DNA of 58,301 nucleotides from Actinomycetota bacterium (GTDB lineage Bacteria; Actinomycetota; JAICYB01), in the NCBI GenBank assembly GCA_035536535.1, contig DATLNZ010000086.1:1-58301 (forward strand), read 5' to 3'. How positions within the stretch are numbered: the first letter of the stretch is position 1; the number at the start of each line of letters is the position of its first letter. Both the position numbers and the translations under genes were made by a program. The notes under the pieces are model-generated. The model did no database searches and was not told the DNA's origin. It saw only the letters and a program-made list of their open reading frames with translations. This document shows, piece by piece, positions 7,804-17,575 of the stretch.

Positions 7804-8532
7804 ATGCGCCGCAGACGCCTGATCCGGTACCTGTTCGTCGCTCTCGTCCTGCTGGCGGGACTGTTCGTTGCTGCGGACGTGGTGTCCCTGCAGGTCGCCG
7901 AGTCAAGGGCCGCCGCGCAGATCGCACGGACCACGGGGGCCGAACGGGTACAGGTGGACCTCGGAAGCTTTCCGTTTCTGCCGTCGCTTTGGAGGGGCCG
8001 GCTCGACCAGGTGACGGTTGACGGATACCGGCTGTCCGGTGGAGGTCTGCGGGTGGAGCGGCTGGAAGGCCGGGCTTCCGACGTCACGTTCGACAGGAGC
8101 AAGATCATCGCGCTGATCCGGTCCAGGTACGCGGACCGGGCCAAGGTCGTGGGCGGCGGGGCCATAGGACGAATCGACATCACGCAGGAGGATCTGGCGG
8201 AGTTCCTGAAGAACCGTGAGCCGCGGGTCCGGGGCGTGCGGGTGACCAGGGCCGGGGTCGAGGTGGAGTTCGAGCCGGTGGCGGGGGTGGAGCTTCCAAA
8301 GGCGCGGTTCCTGCCCGTGATGGTCGACGGGCGCCTGGTCCTGAACCTCACGGGGGCCGGGGAGATCCCTCGCCCGCTCCAGGACGGCGCCAGGCGGCTG
8401 GAGAGGCTCATCGACCTGCCGCCCGTCCCCCCGGGACTGCGGGCGGATGCCAGGCTGAGCCTCGGGGTCATCCAGGTCGAGGCCTCGGGCCCCAGGGTGC
8501 AGATGGAGATAGGCGAGGGAGGTATCCAGTGA
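7804..8532 (+). CDS. membrane-anchored DUF2993/LmeA-like protein
   Basis: N-terminal anchor RYLFVALVLLAGLFVAADV, then repeated V.V.L..FPFL..L..G.L..V motifs typical of the DUF2993 family as I recall it. Confidence 0.6.
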   Translation: MRRRRLIRYLFVALVLLAGLFVAADVVSLQVAESRAAAQIARTTGAERVQVDLGSFPFLPSLWRGRLDQVTVDGYRLSGGGLRVERLEGRASDVTFDRSKIIALIRSRYADRAKVVGGGAIGRIDITQEDLAEFLKNREPRVRGVRVTRAGVEVEFEPVAGVELPKARFLPVMVDGRLVLNLTGAGEIPRPLQDGARRLERLIDLPPVPPGLRADARLSLGVIQVEASGPRVQMEIGEGGIQ

Positions 8533-8557
8533 TCCGCGGCGCGACGGGGGCGCCGGC

Positions 8558-10057
8558 ATGAACCTGTCCGAGGCGCTGGCGGCGACGGCGGCAAGGGTCC
8601 CGGACCGGACGGCGATCATCTTCGGCCAACGGCAGATCTCCTACAGGGACCTGGATGAGCAGGCGAGTGGATTTGCCTCCTTTCTCGCGGGTTGCGGTAT
8701 CTCGGCCGGTGACCGGGTGGCGCTGTGGCTGCCCAACCACCCCTCCTTTATCTCGGCCATGTACGGCGCCTGGCGTGCCGGTGCCGTGGTCGTGCCGGTA
8801 CACGCCATGCTCACGCCGCCGGAGGCCTCGCACATCCTTGCCGATTCGGGCGCCTCGGTTCTCGCGTGCGCGTCTGTCCTGCCGGGCGACCTGCATGCGT
8901 CGCTTCCAAAGCTTCGTCACGTCGTCGTGCTCGACGAGCCGGACGGGCAGGCGACTTCGCTCGAGGACGCCTTTTCGGCTCCGGCCGGAGGCTCGGCGGC
9001 GGCTGCTCAGCCCCCGGACGAACTCGCGCTCCTTGCGTACACCTCGGGGACCTCCGGACTTCCAAAGGGCGCGATGTTGACCCATTCCAACCTGCACTCC
9101 AACCTTGAGCAGATGAAGCACCTGCCCGTGGCGATCCGGGAGGACGACGTCGGGCTGTGCGTCCTGCCGCTGTTCCACATCTTCGGGCTGAACGTGGTGG
9201 TGAACCTCGCGGTGGAGACGGGGGCGACGCTTGTGCTGCTCGAGCGGTTCGACCCGGCCGGATCGGTCCGGGCGATCCGCGAACACAAGGTCACTTCGGT
9301 GGCCGCTGCACCTCCCGCCTACGTGGCGTGGCTGTCCCTGCCGGAATCAGAGGCGTCAGCTGTGGACTTCGCCTCCGTTCGGGTGGCGGCGTCGGGAGCC
9401 GCGCCGCTGCCGGTCCACGTCCTGGAAGGGTTCGCGGACAGGCTCGGGGTAACCATCTGGGAGGGATACGGGTTGACCGAGACGTCCCCGACACTCACTT
9501 CCACGTCCGTGGGCGGGGTCGCCAAGGCCGGATCCATCGGTCGTCCACTGCCCGGCGTGGAGATCAGGCTCGTGGCCGAGGACGGAGACGACGCAGAGGA
9601 AGGCGACCCCGGGGAGGTGGTCGTCCGGGGGCCGAACGTGTTCCGTGGCTACTGGAACCGTCCGGAGGAGACAGCGGCCGCCTTCGCCGACGGATGGTTC
9701 AGGACCGGTGATGTGGCGATCAGCGACGAGGACGGCGACCTGTACCTGGTGGACCGCAAACGGGACCTGATCCTGGTGTCCGGCTTTAACGTCTACCCCA
9801 AGGAGGTGGAGGACGTCCTGTCCGGCCATGAGAAGGTGGCCGACGTCGCCGTGGCGGGGATCCCGCACCAGTACCACGGCGAACAGGTGAAGGCCGTCGT
9901 GACGCCCCTTCCGGGGGCCGATCCCACCGCCGAGGAGCTGATCGCTTTCTGCCGGACCAGGCTCGCGCCGTACAAGGTTCCTTCCATCGTCGACTTCACG
10001 GACCGCATCCCGCGCAACGCCGCGGGCAAGGTCCTGCGACGCACGCTCAGAGCCTGA
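8558..10057 (+). CDS. fadD: AMP-dependent acyl-CoA synthetase / long-chain fatty-acid--CoA ligase
   Basis: AMP-binding signature YTSGTSGLPKGAMLTH, plus GYGLTE, WFRTGD, and GKVLRR near the C-terminus. Confidence 0.9.
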   Translation: MNLSEALAATAARVPDRTAIIFGQRQISYRDLDEQASGFASFLAGCGISAGDRVALWLPNHPSFISAMYGAWRAGAVVVPVHAMLTPPEASHILADSGASVLACASVLPGDLHASLPKLRHVVVLDEPDGQATSLEDAFSAPAGGSAAAAQPPDELALLAYTSGTSGLPKGAMLTHSNLHSNLEQMKHLPVAIREDDVGLCVLPLFHIFGLNVVVNLAVETGATLVLLERFDPAGSVRAIREHKVTSVAAAPPAYVAWLSLPESEASAVDFASVRVAASGAAPLPVHVLEGFADRLGVTIWEGYGLTETSPTLTSTSVGGVAKAGSIGRPLPGVEIRLVAEDGDDAEEGDPGEVVVRGPNVFRGYWNRPEETAAAFADGWFRTGDVAISDEDGDLYLVDRKRDLILVSGFNVYPKEVEDVLSGHEKVADVAVAGIPHQYHGEQVKAVVTPLPGADPTAEELIAFCRTRLAPYKVPSIVDFTDRIPRNAAGKVLRRTLRA

Positions 10058-10777
10058 GTGGCCGCGCTGCCGGCGGTGGCCGCCGTCGTCGCCGTCCTGC
10101 TCGCCGTCCGGACCGCCAGGGCAGGCGTGGCCGGGCGGAGCCCGGCGATGGCCTGCTGGACGCTGGCGATGACGCAGTTCGCGGTGGCAGCCGGATGCCT
10201 TGCATGGGCTACGTACAACGGCTGGAGCCCGGGGGTTTACAGGACGTACTACCTGTTAGGCGCGATCCTGAACGTCGTCTGGCTTGCGCTGGGGACGGTG
10301 TGGCTGCTCGGCACCCGAGCGGTGGCCGTCGGGGCGACGGCCGGGGTTGTGGCGCTGTCCGGGTACGCGGCCTGGCGATGCGCGGGGCCCCTGCTGGAAG
10401 GGGCGCAGGCCCTGTCCTCTCTGGGGTCAGGGGTGTTTCCGGCGTCGTCGTCGATCGTGCCCCCGTCTGTGCGGGCGCTGGCCCGGTGGTGCTCCATAGG
10501 CGGATCGATCGTGGTCGCCGGCGGGCTCGCCTGGTCAATCGCACGGAACCGCGACCGCAGCCGCGGCCTCATCCTGATCCTGATCGGGGTTCTGTTTGCA
10601 GCCGCGGGGAGCGAACTGGCCCGAACCGGTCACGCGGTTGCGTTCGGTGCAGGCCTGGCGGCGGCGGCGATTGCCATGCACACCGGGTTCATCGCCGCGG
10701 AACGCCCGCCCGCCTCGACGAGTTCTGCTCCGGCGGAGCCCTTGCGACCCGGCGCGGCAGCGCGCGGCCGGGGATAG
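10058..10777 (+). CDS. polytopic membrane protein, unknown function
   Basis: GTG immediately after the fadD stop. About 6 hydrophobic helices and an Ala/Pro-rich tail. Confidence 0.6.
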   Translation: MAALPAVAAVVAVLLAVRTARAGVAGRSPAMACWTLAMTQFAVAAGCLAWATYNGWSPGVYRTYYLLGAILNVVWLALGTVWLLGTRAVAVGATAGVVALSGYAAWRCAGPLLEGAQALSSLGSGVFPASSSIVPPSVRALARWCSIGGSIVVAGGLAWSIARNRDRSRGLILILIGVLFAAAGSELARTGHAVAFGAGLAAAAIAMHTGFIAAERPPASTSSAPAEPLRPGAAARGRG

Positions 10778-10786
10778 CGTTGTCCC

Positions 10787-11494
10787 GTGGGCGCGAAGCT
10801 GCTGATCTCTTTTCTTGCGGGGGTGGTCGGGTTTTTGTCGCCGTGCGTGCTGCCCCTGCTTCCCGGCTACGTCGGGTACATGACGGGGGCGGGGGCTGGC
10901 GAGCAGGTCCCGCTGCGAAAGGCCCTGCCCGGGACGCTGGCTTTCGTCGGCGGCTTGAGCCTGGTGTTCATCTCGCTGGGAGCCGCCGCCTCGGCGGTGT
11001 TCCAGGTGCTCAACGCCCACCGCAGGGCTATCGAGGTGGCTGCCGGGCTTTTGATCATCGGGATGGGCGCCCTGATGGCTTTCGGTGGACGGATCCCGTT
11101 CCTCATGCGCGAGCGCCGGTTCCACATGCGGCCCGGCGGAGGACCTCTGCGGACGTTTTTGCTGGGAGCCGCCTTCGCCTTCGGCTGGACGCCGTGCATC
11201 GGCTTCACGCTCGGAGCGGCGATCAACCTCGCGGCCACTTCCTCGGGCCTGGGCACGGGAGTGGCGCTGCTGGGCGCGTACTCCCTGGGGATGGGAGTGC
11301 CGTTCGTCCTGGCCGGACTGGGCCTCCTGTCGTTCGGGAGGCGGCTGAAGAGCCGGGCTGCCACCATTCAGGCCGTGGGCGGGGTGCTTCTGATGGCGGT
11401 CGGTGTCCTGCAGCTCACGGGAAGGCTCACGATGCTGAACATTTGGATGCAGGGGCTGATGACCCGGGCGAACCTCGACTACTGGAGCTTCTGA
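10787..11494 (+). CDS. ccdA: cytochrome c biogenesis thiol-disulfide transporter CcdA
   Basis: Signature FLSPCVLPLLPGY and a second Cys motif GWTPCIG. Six-TM DsbD-core layout. Confidence 0.85.
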   Translation: MGAKLLISFLAGVVGFLSPCVLPLLPGYVGYMTGAGAGEQVPLRKALPGTLAFVGGLSLVFISLGAAASAVFQVLNAHRRAIEVAAGLLIIGMGALMAFGGRIPFLMRERRFHMRPGGGPLRTFLLGAAFAFGWTPCIGFTLGAAINLAATSSGLGTGVALLGAYSLGMGVPFVLAGLGLLSFGRRLKSRAATIQAVGGVLLMAVGVLQLTGRLTMLNIWMQGLMTRANLDYWSF

Positions 11495-11523
11495 TGAGGC
11501 TTGGGAACTGCAACGCGGCAGTT

Positions 11524-11553
11524 TTGTGCCTGCGCGGGAACGGTCGCTAGGAT
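11524..11553 (+). promoter_or_regulatory. candidate sigma-70-type promoter for rex
   Basis: TTGTGC (11524-11529), an 18-nt spacer, then TAGGAT (11548-11553), about 24 nt before ATG 11577. Confidence 0.35.
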
Positions 11554-11576
11554 ACGCGCGCCTCACGGCGACCACC

Positions 11577-12278
11577 ATGCGAAGGCCTCCGTCCCCCGAC
11601 CCGCTCAGAAGCGGCGCTCGCGTCCGCGTACGGCCCATCCCGGAGGCCACCGTCGAGCGGCTCCCGGTATACCTGCGTGTTCTGCAGGAGCTTGCGGACC
11701 AGCAGATCCAAACGGTGTCCTCCGAGCGGCTGGCGGAGGCGGCGGGCGTCAACCCGCCGAAGGTTCGGAAGGACCTCTCTTACCTGGGCAGCTACGGGAC
11801 CAGAGGCGTCGGGTACGACGTCGAATACCTCACGTACCAGATCTTCCGGGAGCTCGGCCTGACCCAGGACTGGCCGGTCGCTCTAGTGGGAGTCGGCAAC
11901 CTGGGACAGGCGCTCGCCGGCTACAAGGGCTTCGGCCAGCGGGGGTTTCGGATCGCCGCCGTGTTCGACCGCGACGAGGGTCGCGTGGGCGAGGAACTGG
12001 GCCCGCTTCAGATCGAGCACGTGGACGACCTCGAAAGCTCCCTCAAGACCAAGGGCATCGCCATTGCGATCATCGCGACGCCGGCGGGGGCCGCGCAGGA
12101 GACGGCGGAGCGGCTGGTCGCCGCCGGAGTCAGGTCGATCCTGAACTTCGCTCCGGCCGTCCTGACCGTGCCGGACGGAATCCACGTGCGCCAGGTGGAC
12201 CTGTCCGTCGAGCTTCAGATTCTGGCGTTCTACGAGCAGAGGTCCGCAGGGCGCGCCCGCAGGCGCAAGCAGGCGTGA
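11577..12278 (+). CDS. rex: redox-sensing transcriptional repressor Rex
   Basis: IPEATVERLPVYLRVL, SSERLAEAAGVNPPKVRKDLSYLGSYGTRGVGY, and Rossmann VGVGNLGQALAGY. An alternative GTG start at 11526 lies inside the putative promoter. Confidence 0.9.
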   Translation: MRRPPSPDPLRSGARVRVRPIPEATVERLPVYLRVLQELADQQIQTVSSERLAEAAGVNPPKVRKDLSYLGSYGTRGVGYDVEYLTYQIFRELGLTQDWPVALVGVGNLGQALAGYKGFGQRGFRIAAVFDRDEGRVGEELGPLQIEHVDDLESSLKTKGIAIAIIATPAGAAQETAERLVAAGVRSILNFAPAVLTVPDGIHVRQVDLSVELQILAFYEQRSAGRARRRKQA

Positions 12279-12309
12279 CCCCCGGCCCCCGACGCCGCAT
12301 CGGCGCCCC

Positions 12310-13242
12310 ATGATCCTGCGTGTGGGCAGCCGTCCGAGCCCGCTTGCGCTCGCGCAGTCCGAAATCGCTACTCGGGCCATCCGGACGGCGGCGGCATCGA
12401 ACGGGATCGAATGCGATGTCCGGGTCGTGCCCGTCGCCACGACCGGCGACCGCGTCACGGACCGTCCCTTCCGGGCCATGGGAGCTAAAGGGATCTTCAC
12501 GTCGGAACTGCAGCGGGCGGTGGATTCCGGCGAGGTGGACGCTGCCGTCCACAGCCTCAAGGACCTCGCTGCCACCGAGCCCCCCGGTCTGGTGGTGGCC
12601 GCGGTGCCCGCACGGGAGGACTCCAGGGACGTGCTGGTGTGTCCCCGGTTCGGCCGGCTCGAGGACGTGCCGCCGGGAAGCGTCGTCGGCACATCGTCCA
12701 TCCGCCGCGTGGCACAACTGGGATGCCTGCGGCCGGACCTGCGCACGGCGATGCTCAGGGGCAACGTCGGAACGAGGATCGCCAAGGTGGACGCCGGCGA
12801 GGTCGACGCGGCCATCCTCGCGGGGGCCGGTCTCATCCGGCTCGGCCTGCGGGACCGGATCACGCAGTGGCTGGACCCCCACGATTTCGTTCCGGCTCCG
12901 GGCCAGGGCGCCATCGCGATAGAGACGGCCGCCGGCCGGCTGGCGGGTGACCTCGCGTGGATCGCCGCAGCGGATCACGCCGCGACGCGGCGCGAGGTGA
13001 CCGCGGAACGCGCCTGCATGGCCGAGCTGGAGGGAGGCTGCACGGTTGCGCTCGGGGTCCGAGCGTGGATTCACGACGTGCAGTTGCACTGCTCGGCGTT
13101 CATCTCGTCCGGCGACGGGAAAAGGGCCTTGCGGGCGTCGGCCTCGGGACCGTCGGACCGAGCCGCCGGAGTCGGACTGGAAGTCGCCCGCGCATTGTTG
13201 GAGGCCGGGGCCGCGCAGCTGCGGGGCGAACTCCGCGGTTGA
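12310..13242 (+). CDS. hemC: hydroxymethylbilane synthase (porphobilinogen deaminase)
   Basis: LRVGSRPSPLALAQ, TTGDRV, GKGIFTSELQ, AVHSLKDL, and the cofactor Cys context ELEGGC. Confidence 0.95.
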   Translation: MILRVGSRPSPLALAQSEIATRAIRTAAASNGIECDVRVVPVATTGDRVTDRPFRAMGAKGIFTSELQRAVDSGEVDAAVHSLKDLAATEPPGLVVAAVPAREDSRDVLVCPRFGRLEDVPPGSVVGTSSIRRVAQLGCLRPDLRTAMLRGNVGTRIAKVDAGEVDAAILAGAGLIRLGLRDRITQWLDPHDFVPAPGQGAIAIETAAGRLAGDLAWIAAADHAATRREVTAERACMAELEGGCTVALGVRAWIHDVQLHCSAFISSGDGKRALRASASGPSDRAAGVGLEVARALLEAGAAQLRGELRG

Positions 13243-13264
13243 GGAGGGGTAGGCTCTAGGGCCG

Positions 13265-14515
13265 ATGCCCTGGTGCCCTCACTGTGACGAGGTGTTCCCG
13301 CAGGGCACCTCCTGTCCGAGGTGCCGGTCGGATCTCGTCGAGGTGGCCGGTTCGGTCCGGTCCACTGAGCGGGAGCAGCCGGGGGTCCTTCCACCCATGC
13401 GGATGCCGCGCAGGCTCCGACGCGGTTTCGACCGGATCGGCGCTCCTCCCGCAGCGCCTCCCGCAGCGCCTCCGCGGCAGCTGTTGACGGTGGCCGTCCT
13501 GCTGCTCGTATTCGCCACGGGTGTGGCCACCGGCCGCAGGGGGATGCTTCCTCGGCTTCCCGCGGACCGCATCAGCATCGCGCCGATAGCGGCCGCTCCC
13601 CTGGGGGAGGTCGCCTTCGTCACGTACGCGCGCACTCCCGGCCCCGGACAGCTCGCCCTTCTGCGCTACGACGTCAGGGTGGGAAAGCTGCGACTCGTCC
13701 AGAGGATGGCTCCTCCCTCGGAGCCCAACCCTCTGCCGGACAGGTACTCGTCGCAGATCCAGTCCTTTGACGGGAGCGTTGCCGTGGTCCTGTCCACCGG
13801 AAAGGGCAAGCCCGTCATCGCGGCGACCGCCCCTGGTGCGCCTCCGCTTCAGTGGCTGGAGGGCCTGGAGGCGGCGTGGGAGGCGAGGGACTCGCTGCTT
13901 GTCCTGCAGCCCGGCGGCCTCGTCCAGAGATGGAGGCTGTCGGGGGTCCGTCGCCAGGAGCAGGTGGAAGGGTTCTGGACTTCGCTCAGCCAGACGCACT
14001 CCGGAGTGGTCCTGGAGGGAGTCGAGCAGGGACGGCACCACATCGCCGTGTCCTCTCCGGACGGGCCGGTGAAGACCATCGACTTGCCGGAGGGCGCGCA
14101 TCTGCTCGCGGCGTCGCCGCGGGGCGACCGGGCCCTCGTCGAGGTGTCGGGCGAAGCCGTGATGTGGGACGGGAAGACCCTGAGTCCATCGCGGCTGTCT
14201 GACCACCGGCCGGTCTCGGCCAGCTTCTCCCCAGACGGCAGGCAGGTGGCCATCACGCTGCGCGGGCCCGGGATGGGTGACGACCAACCGACCTCGTTGG
14301 CGGTGCTGGACCACTCGGGCGCCCGCGTGATGCTGAGGGTGCTTCCGGACGACTCGACGGCGGGCTGCCATCCCGCGCCGTCGTGGCACCCGGGCGGCGG
14401 CTGGTTGGTCGCGGCGGGCAGCGGCGGGTCCATGCACGCCCTGGAGGTCGGGGGCGGGCGTGTCGAGCGCCTGAAGACCCGCGTGGCCGGCTGCGGGATC
14501 GCCTGGGCGAGCTGA
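13265..14515 (+). CDS. zinc-ribbon / single-TM / beta-propeller-like (TolB-type repeat) protein
   Basis: N-terminus MPWCPHCDEVFPQGTSCPRCRSDL (CxxC-x11-CxxC). TM helix LLTVAVLLLVFATGVATG. The extracytoplasmic part has FSPDGRQVAITL / SSPDGPV / ASPRGDRALV repeats. Confidence 0.7.
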   Translation: MPWCPHCDEVFPQGTSCPRCRSDLVEVAGSVRSTEREQPGVLPPMRMPRRLRRGFDRIGAPPAAPPAAPPRQLLTVAVLLLVFATGVATGRRGMLPRLPADRISIAPIAAAPLGEVAFVTYARTPGPGQLALLRYDVRVGKLRLVQRMAPPSEPNPLPDRYSSQIQSFDGSVAVVLSTGKGKPVIAATAPGAPPLQWLEGLEAAWEARDSLLVLQPGGLVQRWRLSGVRRQEQVEGFWTSLSQTHSGVVLEGVEQGRHHIAVSSPDGPVKTIDLPEGAHLLAASPRGDRALVEVSGEAVMWDGKTLSPSRLSDHRPVSASFSPDGRQVAITLRGPGMGDDQPTSLAVLDHSGARVMLRVLPDDSTAGCHPAPSWHPGGGWLVAAGSGGSMHALEVGGGRVERLKTRVAGCGIAWAS

Positions 14516-14538
14516 CCGCCTCGGACGTGGCCGGGGCG

Positions 14539-15279
14539 ATGCTGGTCGGGCGGACGGTCTGGCTGACGCGTCCGGCAGGGCGCTCGGACGCGCTGATCGG
14601 GCTGCTCCGACGCCAGGGGGGTGTGGTGGCCGAGGTTCCGGTGGTCCGGGTCCAGCCGGCCGGCGACGCCACGCCCCTGGACCAGGCGGCGTGCGATCTC
14701 ACCTCGGGGGCTTATGACTGGGTGGCTTTTACGAGTTCGGGCGCCGTCGGCGCGCTCTCGACGCGTATCGCGGGAGCCGGCGGCTTCCCGGAAGAGGTGC
14801 CCGTCGCCGCGGTAGGTCCGGCCACGGCGGCAGCCGTCCGCGGAGCCGGGGGCCGGGTAGCGCTGGTTTCGCGGGTTGCCACGGCGGCGGGTCTGGCGGA
14901 GGACTTTCCGTCCGGCGACGGACGGGTTCTTTTCTGCGCGGCCGCCGGCGCCTCACACGACCTGCAACGGGGACTCGAGGCCAAGGGATGGACGGTGGAC
15001 CGCGTCGAGGCGTACAGGGTGGTTCCCGAGAAGCGGTCGGCGGACGAAGGCAGGCTCCTCCTGGAGCGCGGCGTGGACGTTGTCGTCTTCCATTCGGCCG
15101 GAGCGGTCGACGCGTTCCGTGCGCTGTGGGGCAGCCCTCCGGACCGCACGGCGGTCTGCTGCGCCGGACCCGTGACGGCCGGCGCGGCGGAGCTCGCCGG
15201 CCTGCGCGTCGACTCTGTCGCCGAGCGGCCGGACGCTGAGACCGTCGCGTCCGCAATAGCGCGAGCCGTGCGAGGCTAG
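14539..15279 (+). CDS. hemD: uroporphyrinogen-III synthase
   Basis: VWLTRP..., YDWVAFTSSGAV, AAVGPATAAA, VVFHSAGAV: the HemD two-lobe pattern. Start taken as the first ATG after the upstream stop (GTG 14527 is also possible). Confidence 0.8.
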   Translation: MLVGRTVWLTRPAGRSDALIGLLRRQGGVVAEVPVVRVQPAGDATPLDQAACDLTSGAYDWVAFTSSGAVGALSTRIAGAGGFPEEVPVAAVGPATAAAVRGAGGRVALVSRVATAAGLAEDFPSGDGRVLFCAAAGASHDLQRGLEAKGWTVDRVEAYRVVPEKRSADEGRLLLERGVDVVVFHSAGAVDAFRALWGSPPDRTAVCCAGPVTAGAAELAGLRVDSVAERPDAETVASAIARAVRG

Positions 15280-15284
15280 TCGCC

Positions 15285-16256
15285 ATGTATCCGGTCCAGC
15301 GCCCACGCCGGCTTCGGCGGACGGAAAGCCTGAGGGCAATGGTGCGCGAGACGCGGCTCGCGCCGGAGCAGCTCGTAGCGCCGCTGTTCGTCAAGGAGGG
15401 CATAAGGGAGCCGGAACCGGTGGCTTCGATGCCCGGCCACTACCAGCACACCGTGGAGTCGCTGACCAAGACGGCGCGGGAGATCTACTCCAAGGGTGTG
15501 CGCGCGTATCTGCTGTTCGCGATCCCCTCCCGCAAGGACGGTGCGGGTTCCGAGGCCCACGCTCAGGGGGGCATCGCCCAGAGAGCTCTCGCAGCGCTGC
15601 GCGACGAGATCGGCGCGGACGCGACCTGCATCGCGGACCTGTGCCTGTGCGAGTACACCGACCACGGACACTGCGGCATCCTGCGGCCGGACGGAAGCGT
15701 CGACAACGATGCGACGGTCGAGGCCTATGCCATGACGGCGGTCGCGCAAGCCCGGGCCGGAGCGGCCGTTGTGGCCCCCTCGGGGATGATGGACGGACAG
15801 GTGGGCGCGATCCGCAGGGCCCTGGACTCGGCGGGGCACGCCGAGGTGGCGGTCATGGCCTACTCCGCCAAGTACGCTTCGGCCCTCTACGGTCCGTTCC
15901 GCGATGCCGCGGAGTGCGCTCCACGGTCCGGTGACAGGTCGGGCTACCAGATGGACCCTTCCAACGTCCGGGAGGCCCTGCGCGAGGTGGCGCTGGACGT
16001 CGCGGAGGGAGCCGACATCGTGATGGTCAAGCCGGCCCTTTCTTATCTGGACGTCGTCAGGGCGGTCAGCGAGGCGTCCCCCGTGCCCGTCGCCGCTTAT
16101 CACGTGTCCGGGGAGTACTCGATGGTCAAGGCGGCGGGGGCCGCCGGATGGCTGGACGCCGACAGCGTCGCGATCGAACATCTGACGTCGATCCGACGGG
16201 CCGGCGCGGACATCGTGATCACCTACTTCGCCCAGGACCTGGCGGACCGCCTTTGA
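15285..16256 (+). CDS. hemB: porphobilinogen synthase (delta-aminolevulinate dehydratase), Zn-type
   Basis: RPRRLRR, PLFV.EG, cysteine-rich zinc site DLCLCEYTDHGHCG, and the active-site MVKPA lysine. Confidence 0.95.
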   Translation: MYPVQRPRRLRRTESLRAMVRETRLAPEQLVAPLFVKEGIREPEPVASMPGHYQHTVESLTKTAREIYSKGVRAYLLFAIPSRKDGAGSEAHAQGGIAQRALAALRDEIGADATCIADLCLCEYTDHGHCGILRPDGSVDNDATVEAYAMTAVAQARAGAAVVAPSGMMDGQVGAIRRALDSAGHAEVAVMAYSAKYASALYGPFRDAAECAPRSGDRSGYQMDPSNVREALREVALDVAEGADIVMVKPALSYLDVVRAVSEASPVPVAAYHVSGEYSMVKAAGAAGWLDADSVAIEHLTSIRRAGADIVITYFAQDLADRL

Positions 16257-17566
16257 CCTACCCATCGACGCCGGCCCACGCGGGGGTGGCGGGGAGCCGG
16301 GCGATCTTCGAGCGCGCGCGGGAGCTTTTGCCCGGCGGCGTTTCGTCGCCGGCTCGCGCGTTCGCGGCCGTGGAGGGCGACCCCGTCGTTGCGGCGTCCG
16401 GGACCGGTTCCCGGCTGACCGACGCCGACGGCCGCGAGTACCTGGACTACATCCAGGGCTTCGGGTCGATCATCCTCGGGCACGGAGACCCCCTTGCCAC
16501 ATCGGCGGTGCAGAAAGCGGCCGGTCGCGGAGCAGTCTTCGGCCTGACGACGGCCGACGAGGTGAAGCTCGCGGAGATGATCGTCGAGGCGATTGCCTCG
16601 GTCGAAAGGGTGCGTTTCCTCGCCAGCGGCACGGAGGCGGGGATGACCGCCGCCCGCATAGCCAGGGGGGCCACCGGCAGGCCGGTCATCGTCAAGTTCG
16701 AGGGGTGCTACCACGGCCACGCCGACGAGTTTCTGGCCAGTGCGGGGTCCGGAGTCGCAACTTTCTCGATCCCCGGGACGTCCGGCGTCCCCGCCTCGAG
16801 CGTGTCGTCGACGATCGTCCTGCCCTACAACGACCCGGCCTCGCTGCGGTCCGCTTTCGAGGTCCACGGACAGGACATCGCGGCGGTGTTCGTAGAGCCG
16901 GTGGCGGCGAACATGGGAGTGGTCATCCCGCAGGCGGACTTCCTCCTGGCGATCTCGCAGCTGTGCGCGCAGCACGGCGCGCTGTGCGTGTTCGACGAGG
17001 TGGTCACCGGGTTCCGCATCGGCCGATCGGGAGCCCAGGGCGCCTTCGGCCTCCAGCCGGACCTCACGATGTTCGGAAAGGTGGTCGGGGGCGGGCTGCC
17101 GGTGGGCGTCGTGGGCGGACGGGCGGAGCTCATGGACCTGCTGTCCCCGGTCGGGCCGGTCTACCAGGGCGGGACCTACGCTGCCCACCCCCACGCGATG
17201 GCCTCCGGGACAGCGGTGCTCGAAGTCCTCACAGAAGGCTTGTACGCGGATCTGGAGCGGACGGCCGCAGCCCTGGAGGAGGGTCTGGCCGAGGCGGCGG
17301 CCTCCGCGGGGGCTCAGGCTTGCGTCGTTCGGGCCGCGACGATGCTGTCGGTGTTCTTCACGCCATCGCCGCCCCGTGACTTCGCCGAGGTTCAGGCGGG
17401 CGATCGGAAGTCCTTCGCGCGGTTCCACGCTTCACTGCGCGAGCAGGGCGTGCTGATCGCGCCCTCGCCCTACGAGGCGTGGTTTCCGTCGGCATCCCAT
17501 TCCTCCGCCGACGTCGAGGCAACGGTGGCCGCCGCGGCGATCGCCTTCTCGTCCTCGTCTGCCTGA
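16253..17566 (+). CDS. hemL: glutamate-1-semialdehyde 2,1-aminomutase
   Basis: LPGGVSSPARAF, GFGSIILGH, YHGHAD, FDEVVTGFR, and GKVVGGGLPVG (the PLP lysine). TTG 16253 overlaps the hemB stop (TTGA). GTG 16286 is an alternative start. Confidence 0.9.
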   Translation: MTYPSTPAHAGVAGSRAIFERARELLPGGVSSPARAFAAVEGDPVVAASGTGSRLTDADGREYLDYIQGFGSIILGHGDPLATSAVQKAAGRGAVFGLTTADEVKLAEMIVEAIASVERVRFLASGTEAGMTAARIARGATGRPVIVKFEGCYHGHADEFLASAGSGVATFSIPGTSGVPASSVSSTIVLPYNDPASLRSAFEVHGQDIAAVFVEPVAANMGVVIPQADFLLAISQLCAQHGALCVFDEVVTGFRIGRSGAQGAFGLQPDLTMFGKVVGGGLPVGVVGGRAELMDLLSPVGPVYQGGTYAAHPHAMASGTAVLEVLTEGLYADLERTAAALEEGLAEAAASAGAQACVVRAATMLSVFFTPSPPRDFAEVQAGDRKSFARFHASLREQGVLIAPSPYEAWFPSASHSSADVEATVAAAAIAFSSSSA

Positions 17567-17575
17567 AGGCCCGGC

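Noticed and set aside
11500-11576. Rex operator (TTGTGAA-N4-TTCACAA) upstream of rex
   Set aside because: Only a TTGTG half-site-like string is present (11524-11528), with no inverted partner. It is better explained as the -35 element.
13435-13475. Tandem 12-nt DNA repeat (CTCCCGCAGCGC x2)
   Set aside because: It lies inside the Zn-ribbon/TM protein gene and simply encodes the low-complexity linker APPAAPPAAPP. It is not an independent repeat element.
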